Assembly (NCBI GenBank): GCA_963741955.1
Contig: CAVUKB010000007.1
Span: 896,001-960,000 of the forward strand
Source of the DNA: an uncultured Acidobacteriota bacterium
Lineage (GTDB): Bacteria > Acidobacteriota > Thermoanaerobaculia > Gp7-AA8
Reading direction: 5' to 3'
Length of the DNA stretch: 64,000 nt
The notes beneath the pieces were generated by a model that saw only the letters and a list, made by a program, of their open reading frames with translations, searched no databases and had not been told where the DNA came from. The position numbers were made by a program, and so were the translations under genes. This document shows positions 9,034 through 19,884 of the stretch, piece by piece (positions within the stretch are counted from its first letter, which is position 1; every line of letters begins with the position of its first letter).

Positions 9034-11166
9034 TCAATCTACGGCTGGTGATTGCTTCGCGCCTGCAGAGCGTGAGTCGAGGATCCGCGCCTTCAGCTCG
9101 GTCGCGTCGCGCCACGGAGGAAAGACCGCGAGAAGACGGTTCGTCCGTTCGAGCGCCTCCTGCGACTCCCCGAGATCGAACGCCGCATGCGCGCGGGCGA
9201 GTTCCGCGGTGAAGGGATCGTGGAGCTCACCGAGCAGCCGCTCTGCACGTCTGGCGGCGTCTGATCCCCGGTCGAGTGCCCCGAAGAGGGCGAGAACCTC
9301 GGCATCGCCCGGAGCCTCGTGCATCGCCTCGGCCGCGAACCGCGAAGCCTCGGCGCGCCGTCCGAGATGCAGGGCGCAGCGGGCCCGGAAAAAAGCGACC
9401 GACGAGGTCGTCTGACTCGCGCGAACGGGCCGGTAGTCCATTTCGGCGAGTCGCGCGAAGATCTGAGACGCGATCTGCCAGTCGCCCGTCGATTGAAGGA
9501 GCCGCGCGAGGTCGAACAGTCGAGGCGTCGCCGCGCCTTCGCGAATCTCGCGAAGCGACGCCGCCCGGATCAGAGGGAGCGGCGATGAAGGCCGCTCCGG
9601 GACGCTCCAGAGCTCCCGGATCAATCGCAGGCGCGCTTCCGACGGTCGGGAGGAAGCCGCAGCTTCGGGCGAACGGAGTCGCGCCACGGCGTCGAGCCTC
9701 AGCTGAATGGATTCGAGATAGCTCGCCTCGCGCTGCACGTGCCCATGCAGCGAAAGAACGAGCGCGAGGAGAGCCATGGCGAATGACGCCAGTGCCACGC
9801 GACGGAACTGCCGGATTCGAAGCAGCTCGACGCACGAAGAGATCGCGATCCCGCCGAGAATTGCCAGGGCTGGCAGGAGGGACAGCCGCTGCCGGGAGGT
9901 GACGTAGAAGACCACCAGCGGGATCGCGGCGGTGGCGAGGTAGAGCAGCAGCACGGAGAGGTTCCTGCGCCGCCGAACCAGCACCACTCCCGCCGCTGCG
10001 AGTGCGACCACCACCCCGAACGGTATCCACTGTCGGTGCTCTCGAAGCTCCACGTCCTTGAGCATCATCGGGATCAGGTCCCACTCTTCGCGCGAAGAGA
10101 GGGCGAGCCGAAACTTCCGCGCAACCAGGGTCGCGGCGCGTGCGGGGTAGGCGCGGGCGAACGCGAGCGCGCGTTCGATCCAGTAGCGGTTCGATTCTTC
10201 ACGAGTGAGGAGGCGTCCGGAGGCCTTCGACGGTATCAGCCGGAAGAGCACGTGCAGGGTGTCCGGCTCGTCGATGGTCGGCTCGAGCTGATCGATGATG
10301 CGGGGACGCACGCCGGAGTAGCCCGTGGAGAGAGGATTCATCCCCTCGTAGAAGACGGTTCCCGGGTCCATGATCATCGCGCTTCCGGTCATCGCGTGCT
10401 GAATGCCCATCACGATCAGGAGCGGCACGGCCGCGCCTGCGACCAGGCCCCAGGGCAAGCTGCGGAGCTTTGCCTCATTCCCTTCGGAACGTCGCTCGAC
10501 AACGCGCAGCCAGGCGATCCAGCAGAAGACCACCGCCAGAAATGCGAGCGCGGTGGGACGAGCAGCTGCGGAGAGCGCGATCAACGCTCCCGCGAAGGCG
10601 AATCTCCGGAAGGAAAGGTGCGACACCGGCCGGGAATGTGCGAGCAGCACCGTGAGCGCCGCGGTGTCGAGCAGGAGGATCATGGTCTCCGGTTCGACGT
10701 CCGAGGCATTGACCAGCGCCGCTCGGCTGGTGAAGACCAGGAGCATCGCCCCCGCCGCGGCGATTACCCCGCCGAATCTCCATGCGATGACCGCACAGAG
10801 AAGCGCGACCCCACCGAGGGCGAGAACCTGGATGCCTCGAAACTCGTTCTGCGTCGCCCGGAGTCCCTCCAGTGCGGTGACCATCCAGAGATAGAGCGGA
10901 CTGAGATCTCCGAGCCGATCGCGGATCACATCACCCTGCAACAGCCGGCTCGCGAAATAGGTGTACTTACTGAAGTAGCTCTGATCCGTGAGCGAATTCA
11001 GGAGCGCGATTCTCGCGACCGATACGAGCGTCGCGACGAGAGCTCCGATCCAGAAAAGCAATTTTCCCGAGTGGAGCCTGGCGCTCCATCGGGACCGCTC
11101 CGAGGCGGGACCGACACGTTCGACCTGGGCGCTCTCCGAGCTCACGTCGTTGTAAAGCAGGCCCAT
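9034..11166 (-). CDS. GT-C (ArnT/PMT-like) membrane glycosyltransferase with C-terminal TPR-like region
   Basis: Many TM helices, SPLY, ARP, FYEGMNP and FYVTSRQR motifs; helical TPR-like C-terminus; start uncertain. Confidence 0.65.
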   Translation of the reverse strand: MGLLYNDVSSESAQVERVGPASERSRWSARLHSGKLLFWIGALVATLVSVARIALLNSLTDQSYFSKYTYFASRLLQGDVIRDRLGDLSPLYLWMVTALEGLRATQNEFRGIQVLALGGVALLCAVIAWRFGGVIAAAGAMLLVFTSRAALVNASDVEPETMILLLDTAALTVLLAHSRPVSHLSFRRFAFAGALIALSAAARPTALAFLAVVFCWIAWLRVVERRSEGNEAKLRSLPWGLVAGAAVPLLIVMGIQHAMTGSAMIMDPGTVFYEGMNPLSTGYSGVRPRIIDQLEPTIDEPDTLHVLFRLIPSKASGRLLTREESNRYWIERALAFARAYPARAATLVARKFRLALSSREEWDLIPMMLKDVELREHRQWIPFGVVVALAAAGVVLVRRRRNLSVLLLYLATAAIPLVVFYVTSRQRLSLLPALAILGGIAISSCVELLRIRQFRRVALASFAMALLALVLSLHGHVQREASYLESIQLRLDAVARLRSPEAAASSRPSEARLRLIRELWSVPERPSSPLPLIRAASLREIREGAATPRLFDLARLLQSTGDWQIASQIFARLAEMDYRPVRASQTTSSVAFFRARCALHLGRRAEASRFAAEAMHEAPGDAEVLALFGALDRGSDAARRAERLLGELHDPFTAELARAHAAFDLGESQEALERTNRLLAVFPPWRDATELKARILDSRSAGAKQSPAVD

Positions 11167-11271
11167 GGAGGGCGAATTTCCCGAATCGTACCTAACGCCC
11201 GCACCGCCGGGGTTCGGCTCCATCCGTGCCACTGCCGGTATATCCTTGGCGTTCGCAGGAAGGAGGATTCG

Positions 11272-12222
11272 ATGAGTGCAAGGAAGATCATCGCGGTGAT
11301 CGGTGCCACGGGTGCGCAGGGCGGAGGTCTGGTCCGGGCGATTCTGGACGACGACGGAGGCGAGTTCGTCGCCCGTGCAGTCACCCGAAAGCCCGATTCA
11401 GAGAAGGCGAAGGAGCTCGCCCGTCTGGGTGCGGAGGTGGTGGCGGCGGATCTGGACGACGAGGCGACTCTCGTCCGCGCATTCGAAGGCGCGTGGGGCG
11501 CGTACTGCGTGACGAACTACTGGGAGCACTTCTCGCCGGAGCGCGAGAAAGTCCAGGCGGGGAACATGGCGCGGGCCGCGAAAAAGGCCGGAGTCAAACA
11601 TGTGATCTGGTCGACACTCGAAGACACGCGCAATTGGGTGCCGCTCGACGACGATCGGATGCCCACTCTGATGCAGCACTACAAGGTGCCGCATTTCGAC
11701 GCGAAGGGGGAGTCGAACCAGATCTTCCTCGACGCAGGGGTCCCGGTCACCTTCCTCGTGACGTCGTTCTACTGGGACAACTTCATCTACTTCGGCTCCG
11801 GTCCGAAACGGGGAGCGGACGGAAAACTCAGCCTCGTATTTCCGATGGACGACCGCCCTCTTCCCGGAATCGCGGCGGAGGACATCGGCCGTTGCGCCTA
11901 TGGAGTGTTCAAAGGAGGCGCGGAGTGGGTCGGGAAGAGCGTCGGGATCGCCGGCGAGCACCTGAGCGGAACACAGATGGCGGCTGCGCTGACCAGGGGA
12001 ATGAAGGAGGAGGTCGTGTACACGCCCGTTCCTCCCGACGTCTACCGTTCGTTCGGATTTCCGGGCGCTGACGATCTCGGGAACATGTTTCAGTTCAAGC
12101 GCGATTTCAACAGCGATTTCGTGAAGGCCCGTGATCTTTCGCTCTCACGATCGCTCAACCCGCGGCTGCAATCGTTCGAGGAATGGGTGCAGCGCAATGC
12201 GCACCTGATTCCGCGCGACTGA
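11272..12222 (+). CDS. NmrA/HSCARG family NAD(P)-binding protein
   Basis: VIGATGAQGG, VPHFDAK; RBS AAGGAGG upstream of ATG 11272. Confidence 0.92.
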   Translation: MSARKIIAVIGATGAQGGGLVRAILDDDGGEFVARAVTRKPDSEKAKELARLGAEVVAADLDDEATLVRAFEGAWGAYCVTNYWEHFSPEREKVQAGNMARAAKKAGVKHVIWSTLEDTRNWVPLDDDRMPTLMQHYKVPHFDAKGESNQIFLDAGVPVTFLVTSFYWDNFIYFGSGPKRGADGKLSLVFPMDDRPLPGIAAEDIGRCAYGVFKGGAEWVGKSVGIAGEHLSGTQMAAALTRGMKEEVVYTPVPPDVYRSFGFPGADDLGNMFQFKRDFNSDFVKARDLSLSRSLNPRLQSFEEWVQRNAHLIPRD

Positions 12223-12427
12223 AATGCTCTGGCGGGAGAGCGGATCAGCAGACCCGATCCGGACGAATTCCCGGCGCGTCCTCACGGCGACGCCTCGAGT
12301 CGGACGGCTCGGGCCTCACTGTTCCGCTCTCCCACGCGGGCGCGGTCACCCGGGCTCCCCCTCGACAACTCCGGCCTGGGTCACCTCCCGCCGAACCTTC
12401 GTTCTGTCGTGAGACGAACCCTGCAAT

Positions 12428-12456
12428 TTGACAGCGCTATTCATTGTCACCATTCT
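12428..12456 (+). promoter_or_regulatory. possible sigma-70 promoter with TGACA..TGTCA inverted repeat
   Basis: TTGACA-N17-CATTCT upstream of the DUF2339 gene. Confidence 0.4.
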
Positions 12457-12513
12457 TGACTCGTCTCCGCGGACTCGAAGGAGGTCTGGCGGGCCAGGAG
12501 GAGCCGCACTCGG

Positions 12514-15500
12514 ATGGAATCGCTCTTCGGATGCCTATCGCTGTTTCTGATACTCCTTGCCCTCGCCGCACTGGTCGGTGCGTGGATCGTGGTGCTCGGT
12601 GTGAAGTCGCGGGTCCGCGCTCTGGAAACGGAGACGCGTCAGCTCCGTACCGCGAACGAGATCATCAAGGCCCGTCTTCTCGAAGTTTTTTCTCTCCTCG
12701 ACGAGAAATCAGCTGGAGGGTCTGAACCCGGCGGACCCGAGGCGCCGCAATCAGACATCCGCACAGCTTCCCTCCCGGAGGAGGCTCCGGAGGTTCATCC
12801 CGAAGCCGTCGCGCCCCCCGCCGTTCCGGAGACGAGTGCGGCGTTCGAGACGCTTCCCGTCGATGTTTCTGAAGACCTGACCCCCGAGGGGACGGCTCCT
12901 CCGGGTCCCCCCATTGCGGAGAGGGAAGATCGTGCCGCACACGAAGCGGCAGCAGTTCCGCCTCCCGGCGTGCCGCCTCCGGAAGATCAAGGTGGTCCGC
13001 CGAGTCCACCCGTGCCGCCGAAGCCTCACCGGTCGTTCGACTGGGAAAGCGTGATCGGGGTGAACCTTTTTTCGTGGATCGCCGGCTTCGCTCTCGCGCT
13101 CTCGGCGATTCTCTTTCTCCGCTACTCGGTCGAGCATGGCTGGCTGCAGCCGTGGGTGCGGTTCTCTCTCGGATTCGTCACCGGAACCGCGCTTCTCGTT
13201 GCCAATCAGATGAAGTTCGCGCGGCGTTACCGCGTCACCTCGAATGCGCTCGACGCAGCTGGAATCGCGATCCTCTACGCGTCGCTCTTCGCCGCCCATG
13301 CGTTGTGGCATCTCCTCCCTTCCACCCTCGTCTTCGCGCTGATGATCGTGGTCACTGCGATCGCGGTGATCCTCTCCATTCAGCGGGAGTCGATCTTCAT
13401 CGCGCTCCTGGGGCTGCTCGGCGGATTCGCCACGCCGGCGCTCCTCTCCAGCGGTGAGGATCATCCCTTCGGCCTCTTCGGATATCTCCTGATGCTGAAT
13501 GCGGGACTCGGATGGGTCTCGTATCGGAAGCGATGGCCGGTTCTCTCGGCGTTGACGCTCCTCTTCACCACCCTCTATCAATGGGGATGGGTGACGCGCT
13601 TTCTGGAGTCCTCGAAACTGCCGATCGCGGTGGGAGTTTTTCTGGTCTTTCCGATTGTCGCGGTGGCGGGGATCTGGATCGCACGACCTTCCGGCGACGG
13701 AGAGGAGAAGAAGTTCGAGAGTATCGCGGCGTTCAGTTCGGCGCTGCCGCTCGTCTTCGCAGTCTACTTCGCAGCGGCGCCCGCGTACGGCGCACGATTC
13801 GGACTTCTCTTCTTCTTTCTCCTTCTGGTCGACGCCGGACTCGCAGCGATCGCGATCTCCCGCCGCGGTCCCGAGGTGCTCCACCTCCTCGGCGCGCTGA
13901 CCACAGTCCTGACGTTCGGGGTCTGGTGCGCATTTTCGTACCGCTCGGCGGCGTGGCCGGCGATGGTCTTCTGGATTGCGGCATTCGTCGCTCTCTATCT
14001 AATCGCGGACCTGGTCGCCGGCCGCCTTGGCCGGCGCTTCGAAGGGGCCGGAGCACTCGCGGCGTACGCTGCGCCGCTCCTTCTCTTCGTCTTCGCGTTT
14101 CTCGGCTACGCCGAACCGAAGACGGCGGCGCCGGCTCTTCTCTTCTCCGTGCTGTTCGTCCTGGTGGCGGCGAACGCGTGGGGGGCGATCCGGTCGGACG
14201 ATGGGCGGATCTTCCATCTGGCGACAGCGGCTGCCCTGGCAGCCGAGGCCATCTGGTCGGCGAAGCACCTCGCTCCGGCGACACTCACCAGCGCGCTCGT
14301 GATCTATGCGGCATTCGCACTCCTCACTCTTGCGGTTCCGGTCGTCGCGCGACGGCGCGGGAAGGAGCTGAGGCCCGCGATCGCGTCGCCGCTGATGGTC
14401 ATCGGCTCACTTCTGCTGTTGTTCTTTCTGACCGGAGCCGGGGTGGCTGCTGTTTCTCTGGGGGGGCTCGCGGTACTGCTGATCATCGCGAACCTGGGGC
14501 TGTTCGCATCCGGCGCGGCGATCCGCCATCCGCTACTCGCCGCCGTCGCTGCGGTTCTTTCGTGGCTGGTCCTGGTGGCGTGGTGGATCGCGGTACCGCT
14601 TGCTGTCCACCTCGTGCCTGCGCTCTCGGTGATCGCGGGGTTCTCGGTCCTGCTGCTCGGAGCGAATGTCGTTCTGCAGCGGAGTGGCCGGGCGGATGAA
14701 AGGCCGGAATCTCAGCAGACTCTTTACCTCGCGCTCGCGGGACACCTGTTTCTCCTCGTCGTCGCGATGAATCCGTCACTCTCCGTTCCCCCCTGGCCGA
14801 TGCTGGCAGTGCTCGGTGTGATCGACCTCGCGGTCGGCGTCACGGTGCTCTTTCTCGGTCGCGCGAGGCTGCTCGGCGCGGCGATGGTGGCATCGCAACT
14901 CGTGCTGGTGGCCTGGGCGTCGTCGGTCACGGCGGTGCCCTGGCCGCAGGTGGCGGTGTGGAGCGCGCTTGTCGTGGCGGCCTTCGCCGGGGCGTGGATC
15001 TTCGCCGCGGAACGACGTCTCGGAAGCGAGTGCCGGCTCCGCTTCTCCGCGGCTGCCGCGGGTGCCATCCTGATCGGCCACTTCGTGGTGATCGCAGCGG
15101 GTGAAGCAGCCGCGCATCCGACGACGGGAATGGTCACGCTCGCACATGTTCTGCTGCTCGCCGGGATGCTGCTCATTGCCGCGCGCGCATCGATGCACTA
15201 CCTGGCCATCTTCGAAGTCGTGCCGTTCGCGATCGCGATTTTTCTCTGGATGGGCGAGACGTACCAGCCGGCGCAGTGGGGTGGCGAGATGTTTCTCGCG
15301 ACCGTTCTCTATCTCATGTTCATCGCGTATCCGCTGCTTCTCGGCAGGCGCGGGAAGGCCGCGTTCGAACCCGCGCTGGCATCGGCATTCGCATCGATTC
15401 CCTTCTTCTTCTTTGCGCGTACGGAGCTGATGCGACGTGGACTCGGTGATGCGATCGGACTTCTTCCGCTCGCTCAGGCAGCGCTGCTCCTGGCGGTGCT

Positions 15501-16281
15501 CTGGATGCTGCTTCGCATCGAAGAGCCCGGAAAGCGGAACAACGGACGCCTGGCGATGGTCGCGGGGAGCGCGCTCGCCTTCATCACCGTGGCCATACCA
15601 CTCCAGTTGGAGAAGGAGTGGATCACGGTGGCGTGGGCCCTGGAAGCGGCGGCCTTGCTGTGGCTCTTCCTCCGGATCCCGCACCGGGGTCTCCTGTACT
15701 GGTCCGCCGCGCTCTACTCCGTCGTCTTCGTTCGACTGGTTTTCAATCCCGCGGTCTTCGGGTACCACGCCCGAAGCCCGATCGCGATCTGGAACTGGTA
15801 TCTCTATGCGTATCTGGTCGCCGCGGCTGCGTTCTTCGCCGGAACACGACTGCTTGGAAAAACCGGGAAAGATTCGTCGAGCCTCCTGGCGAGGATGCCG
15901 GCTCTTCTCGCGTCCGGAGGCACGGTTCTCCTCTTTCTGTTGTTGAACATCGAGATCGCGGACTACTTTTCGAAGGGTTCCACCATCACGTTCACCTTCT
16001 CGGCGGGGTTTGCCCAGGATCTGACGTACACCGTCCTCTGGGGGGTGTTCGCGGTCGGGATGCTGGTGGCGGGGATCATCACCGGAAGCCGGGGGGCGAG
16101 AATCGCGTCGATCGGACTTCTCCTGGTGTCGGTCTTGAAGGCCTTCCTCCACGACCTGATCCGCCTCGGTGGCCTCTATCGGGTGGGATCGCTCCTCGGG
16201 CTGGCGATCGCGCTCGCATTCGTCGCGCTGCTTCTGCAGCGCTACATTCTGGTCAAGCCGGAGCCGGAGAAGATGCCGTGA
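12514..16281 (+). CDS. DUF2339 large membrane protein
   Basis: WESVIGVNLFSWIAG, LGLLGGFATP, WITVAWALEA, KAFLHDL...LYRVGS; more than 25 TM segments. Confidence 0.88.
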   Translation: MESLFGCLSLFLILLALAALVGAWIVVLGVKSRVRALETETRQLRTANEIIKARLLEVFSLLDEKSAGGSEPGGPEAPQSDIRTASLPEEAPEVHPEAVAPPAVPETSAAFETLPVDVSEDLTPEGTAPPGPPIAEREDRAAHEAAAVPPPGVPPPEDQGGPPSPPVPPKPHRSFDWESVIGVNLFSWIAGFALALSAILFLRYSVEHGWLQPWVRFSLGFVTGTALLVANQMKFARRYRVTSNALDAAGIAILYASLFAAHALWHLLPSTLVFALMIVVTAIAVILSIQRESIFIALLGLLGGFATPALLSSGEDHPFGLFGYLLMLNAGLGWVSYRKRWPVLSALTLLFTTLYQWGWVTRFLESSKLPIAVGVFLVFPIVAVAGIWIARPSGDGEEKKFESIAAFSSALPLVFAVYFAAAPAYGARFGLLFFFLLLVDAGLAAIAISRRGPEVLHLLGALTTVLTFGVWCAFSYRSAAWPAMVFWIAAFVALYLIADLVAGRLGRRFEGAGALAAYAAPLLLFVFAFLGYAEPKTAAPALLFSVLFVLVAANAWGAIRSDDGRIFHLATAAALAAEAIWSAKHLAPATLTSALVIYAAFALLTLAVPVVARRRGKELRPAIASPLMVIGSLLLLFFLTGAGVAAVSLGGLAVLLIIANLGLFASGAAIRHPLLAAVAAVLSWLVLVAWWIAVPLAVHLVPALSVIAGFSVLLLGANVVLQRSGRADERPESQQTLYLALAGHLFLLVVAMNPSLSVPPWPMLAVLGVIDLAVGVTVLFLGRARLLGAAMVASQLVLVAWASSVTAVPWPQVAVWSALVVAAFAGAWIFAAERRLGSECRLRFSAAAAGAILIGHFVVIAAGEAAAHPTTGMVTLAHVLLLAGMLLIAARASMHYLAIFEVVPFAIAIFLWMGETYQPAQWGGEMFLATVLYLMFIAYPLLLGRRGKAAFEPALASAFASIPFFFFARTELMRRGLGDAIGLLPLAQAALLLAVLWMLLRIEEPGKRNNGRLAMVAGSALAFITVAIPLQLEKEWITVAWALEAAALLWLFLRIPHRGLLYWSAALYSVVFVRLVFNPAVFGYHARSPIAIWNWYLYAYLVAAAAFFAGTRLLGKTGKDSSSLLARMPALLASGGTVLLFLLLNIEIADYFSKGSTITFTFSAGFAQDLTYTVLWGVFAVGMLVAGIITGSRGARIASIGLLLVSVLKAFLHDLIRLGGLYRVGSLLGLAIALAFVALLLQRYILVKPEPEKMP

Positions 16282-18296
16282 AGGTGAAGACCATACGGAC
16301 CGGCGCGGCCATCCTGTTCATGCTGATCGCCGGGACGCTTTTCGCGAGCCAGTTCCGGAACGAGAGGATCGTGCTTCCCTCCGGAGAGGGACCGAACATT
16401 CTCGATGTCGACGTCCCGCTCCTTTCCGGGGCGAAGCCGCTTCGTTACGCCGAGGCGAAAGGTAGCGACACGTTTCATCTGCTCGGAGGACTCGAGGATC
16501 TCCGCTTGTTCGACGCCGCAGGAAAGGAAGTGCCGTACCTGGTGGTCCCTCCCGAGAGCGGAGAGGCGCACTGGAAGGAAGGGCGGGTTCTCGACGTCGC
16601 ATCGACGAAGACGACGAGCGGGTTCGAAGCCGATCTCGGCGCGAGCTCGCTCATCGACCGGATCCGCGTCTCCGGTCTCGACGCACCGTTTCTGAAGAGG
16701 TTCCGGCTCGAAGGAAGTGGAGATCGCGAACACTGGACGGTACTGGTCGAATCGGGGACCCTTTTCGATCTACCGGAGGAACATCTGCGGAAGACGGATG
16801 CCTCGTTCCCCGCGGGCGAATACCGGTATCTTCGCGTGACCTGGGATGATCGCTCCAGCTCGAGAGTCGGGAAGCCGGCCTCGGTCGAGGCGCGAGAGGT
16901 GCGCCGTCCGTTACCGCCCCGTCCTTTCGTTCCGGTCCGCTTCTCCTGGCGTGCGAGTGAACCGCGGAAGAGCCGTATCGCCCTGCGTCTGCCCGGACGA
17001 AATCTTCCCGTGACGGCCATCGATATTCAGGTGGCGCGTGGACATGTACTGCGGGACGCGGTGATCACCGAGGCGCGGTTCCGGAGTGGCGAGGTCGCGC
17101 CGGTGAACATTGGCCACGCGGTTCTGCGGCGTGCGGAACGCGGCGAGGACGTCGCACAGGAGCTGAGAATACCGGTGGACCGCCCACACGGGACGGATCT
17201 GGAGCTGCTGATCGAGGACGGGGACAATCCTCCTCTGGCAATCACGGGTGTCGAAGCCGAGCTCGCGCCGCTGCCGCAGATCTATTTCGAAAGCCGTGAC
17301 GGCGCGCCGATCACTGCCCGCTACGGAGAGGGAGACCTTTCGCGGCCGCATTACGACCTCGAGGCCGCGCGTGATTCCGTCGATCTCGCGAATGCATCGC
17401 GGGCGCGCTGGGGTGAGCCGAAATCGATCGCTGCGGTTCCGGAAATGGATGCGGCGATCCGTTCGGCTCCTCCTGCCGGTCCGGTGGTGCACGAAGAAGA
17501 CTTCGGGTACAAGCGAAACATCCCGGCGATCGAGCCCGGGATGATTGCCATCCAGCTGGACCTCGCTGCGCTGGCACATTCGAACGGATTGAAAGACATC
17601 CGGGTGGTCGACGAGAAGGAGAAGCAGATTCCGTACGTCATCGAACGAAGAGGAGAGCCGCTCGAATTCGAGTTTCCCGTCAACCGGGTCGATGACGAGG
17701 ACGCGCGAAGGTCCCGGTACCCGCTGGTTCTTCCGTACGACTCCCTTCGTTGGAAGGGGACGCTGGTGGTCGAGACGGACGCCCCGCTGTTCGAGCGTGC
17801 GGTGACTCTCGTCGCGAGCAACGGCAAGGAGGGACGTGACGACGGCGAAGTGGTGGTGGAGCGAAAGCTGTGGCAGCACACCGAGCCGGAGACCGCGGCG
17901 CCCCCGATCTCGTTCGATGTTCCGCTCGACGGGCATTCCGCATGGGAGCTGACGATCGAGGAAGGCGACAACCCGCCGCTCCCGATCCGCCGGATCCGGT
18001 TACTGTTGCCGAGTTACAGAGTCCGTCTGTTCCATCCTCCCGGTTCGCAGTTGACCATGTTGTACGGAAATCCACACGCGGATGCGCCGCGCTACGATCT
18101 CGAGCTGATGCGGGCGCGCATCGTCGGAATGGACGCGGCGGAGATCACGCCGGGCGAAGAGATCGTGAACGCCGGTCTCGCTGCCGAGCGTCCTGCGCGC
18201 ATCTTCTGGGGCATCATCGTGGCCGCCGCGATCGTTCTGCTGGCGCTGCTGGCGAAGCTTCTGCAGCACTCCGAGCGCCAGCCGAAGCAGTCCTGA
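16278..18296 (+). CDS. DUF3999-like exported protein with C-terminal TM anchor
   Basis: GTG start overlapping the upstream stop; duplicated DLRL..EVPY / GDNPPL / P.YDL motifs; usual neighbour of DUF2339. Confidence 0.8.
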   Translation: MKVKTIRTGAAILFMLIAGTLFASQFRNERIVLPSGEGPNILDVDVPLLSGAKPLRYAEAKGSDTFHLLGGLEDLRLFDAAGKEVPYLVVPPESGEAHWKEGRVLDVASTKTTSGFEADLGASSLIDRIRVSGLDAPFLKRFRLEGSGDREHWTVLVESGTLFDLPEEHLRKTDASFPAGEYRYLRVTWDDRSSSRVGKPASVEAREVRRPLPPRPFVPVRFSWRASEPRKSRIALRLPGRNLPVTAIDIQVARGHVLRDAVITEARFRSGEVAPVNIGHAVLRRAERGEDVAQELRIPVDRPHGTDLELLIEDGDNPPLAITGVEAELAPLPQIYFESRDGAPITARYGEGDLSRPHYDLEAARDSVDLANASRARWGEPKSIAAVPEMDAAIRSAPPAGPVVHEEDFGYKRNIPAIEPGMIAIQLDLAALAHSNGLKDIRVVDEKEKQIPYVIERRGEPLEFEFPVNRVDDEDARRSRYPLVLPYDSLRWKGTLVVETDAPLFERAVTLVASNGKEGRDDGEVVVERKLWQHTEPETAAPPISFDVPLDGHSAWELTIEEGDNPPLPIRRIRLLLPSYRVRLFHPPGSQLTMLYGNPHADAPRYDLELMRARIVGMDAAEITPGEEIVNAGLAAERPARIFWGIIVAAAIVLLALLAKLLQHSERQPKQS

Positions 18297-18416
18297 AGGC
18301 GAGAACAGAGCCTCCCATCCCGCGGCGGGGTCGGGTATACAGTCACCGTGCAGCCGCCGATGGTCTCTCCTCATACCCTATCCAAAGATAGGGGTGTAAA
18401 CCTATCCGAAAGTATC

Positions 18417-18445
18417 TTGACGCTCCAGTGAGCGAAGGTTAGATT
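18417..18445 (+). promoter_or_regulatory. sigma-70 promoter
   Basis: TTGACG-N17-TAGATT; CCCTATC-caaa-GATAGGG inverted repeat just upstream. Confidence 0.6.
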
Positions 18446-18451
18446 CGGCAG

Positions 18452-18549
18452 CAGACACAGACAGGAAGATTGCAAGACAGACGAACCGCATACATCACAG
18501 ATTCGTGTCGCAATCAGGCGACGACAAAGGGGCGTAACGCCCCTTTTTT
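18452..18549 (+). ncRNA. candidate ~100-nt structured sRNA or leader RNA
   Basis: Between the promoter and a terminator (AAAGGGGCG-taa-CGCCCCTTTTTT); interrupted hairpin 18468-18515. Confidence 0.45.
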
Positions 18550-18678
18550 CGTCTGAGGGCTTTCCGGACGCACCTGCTGCGGGAGAGGCGTCCAGTCCAA
18601 TGGCTTCGGATCGGGTACTACAGGAAACGTGTGTCCGGACGAAACCCGGTTCTGACGACTCGAGGAGAAGGCATCCAT

Positions 18679-19884
18679 ATGCTTCCGACAAGACAGGTCA
18701 GAGATCACAGTGAGGCCCCGTTGGTGGATCGGCACATCAGGACGTCCCACGACGAACGTGGAGTTGCTCTGGTGCTGGTGATGCTCGGCCTTTCGGTCGT
18801 GCTGATGGTCCTCCTCTCCGGTCTGGTCATGACTGAATTCTCCGGGAAGACGATCGCGCGCCAGCTCGCATGGCAGGGACAGGCGTTGAACGCGTCACGG
18901 GCGGGACTCAATGAAACGCTCTCCTGGTTCGTGCGGCGGCCGGTTCAACCGGTGACCACGTTCGATCCTCAAAAGGATCTCACCGCCGTTCCGCCGCTCA
19001 ACGAGACGGAGGATCCCACCGTCGGTCTCGTGCGGTCGTACGAGATCTCGGACCGAGGGCGGGTGTGGGGTCGCTACGAAGTCGATAAGTCCGTGGTGGC
19101 CGACGTCAGTGCGCAGCGAGGGAAGTCGCAGCCGGGCACGATCTGGGAAGTGGAGTCGAAGGGAATCATCTACATACGAAACGATGCAGCGAAAGCGCCG
19201 GACGAAGCGCCGAATCGGGTGCTCGCGCACGCGACGATGCGCACCGACATTCAGAGACTGGGGCTGCAGCTTCCGGCGGATTGCGCCCTCTGCGCGGAAA
19301 AGGGGCAGTTCGTCAACGTGGCGGCGACGGCGAGAGTGCGAGGAGGAACGGGAATCGGGATCGCCTACCTTCCGTCGACGGGAACGCCAAAGATCGCCCA
19401 GGCGAGCTCCGTCACCGGCTCCCCGAGACTGAACGCCACGACGGGATCGTTCCAGCTTCAGGACATTTTCGGGGTCACTCAGCAGGAATTGATCGGAATG
19501 GCAGACGTGGTGGTGAAGGACGAGCGTGACCTCCCGGATCCGCTTCCCGACATGTCTCTCGTCGTGATCACCGGAAACGCGACCTTCACTCCGCAGCGGA
19601 GGCTCCTTGGCAGCGGAATCCTGGTCGTACTCGGAAATCTCGTACTCAACCCGCAATCGAACTCGATGTTCAATGGGGTGATCTGGGTCGGAGGCACCTT
19701 CCAGCAGGGCGAGCCTTCGCTGATCGGCGGATCGGTGGTGGTTCGGGGGAATGCCCTCCTCACCGGAGGCTCCGACATTTCGGAGATCGATTACGACCCG
19801 AACATGATCGACCAGGTCAGGCAGCAGATGGGGAACTATCTCTTCAGCCGGATGCCCTGGATTCTGGGTCGGATAGGAGACTGA
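18679..19884 (+). CDS. PilX-like minor pilin/pseudopilin
   Basis: ERGVALVLVM type III signal-like N-terminus, QALNASRAG, C-terminal Gly-rich beta repeats (GILVVLGNL, GSVVVRGN). Confidence 0.75.
   Translation: MLPTRQVRDHSEAPLVDRHIRTSHDERGVALVLVMLGLSVVLMVLLSGLVMTEFSGKTIARQLAWQGQALNASRAGLNETLSWFVRRPVQPVTTFDPQKDLTAVPPLNETEDPTVGLVRSYEISDRGRVWGRYEVDKSVVADVSAQRGKSQPGTIWEVESKGIIYIRNDAAKAPDEAPNRVLAHATMRTDIQRLGLQLPADCALCAEKGQFVNVAATARVRGGTGIGIAYLPSTGTPKIAQASSVTGSPRLNATTGSFQLQDIFGVTQQELIGMADVVVKDERDLPDPLPDMSLVVITGNATFTPQRRLLGSGILVVLGNLVLNPQSNSMFNGVIWVGGTFQQGEPSLIGGSVVVRGNALLTGGSDISEIDYDPNMIDQVRQQMGNYLFSRMPWILGRIGD

Noticed and set aside
18390-18425. c-di-GMP-I riboswitch (AAACC..GAAA..GACGC resemblance)
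   Set aside because: The P2 stem cannot pair and the downstream GCAAAGC/P3 is absent; the segment overlaps a promoter instead.
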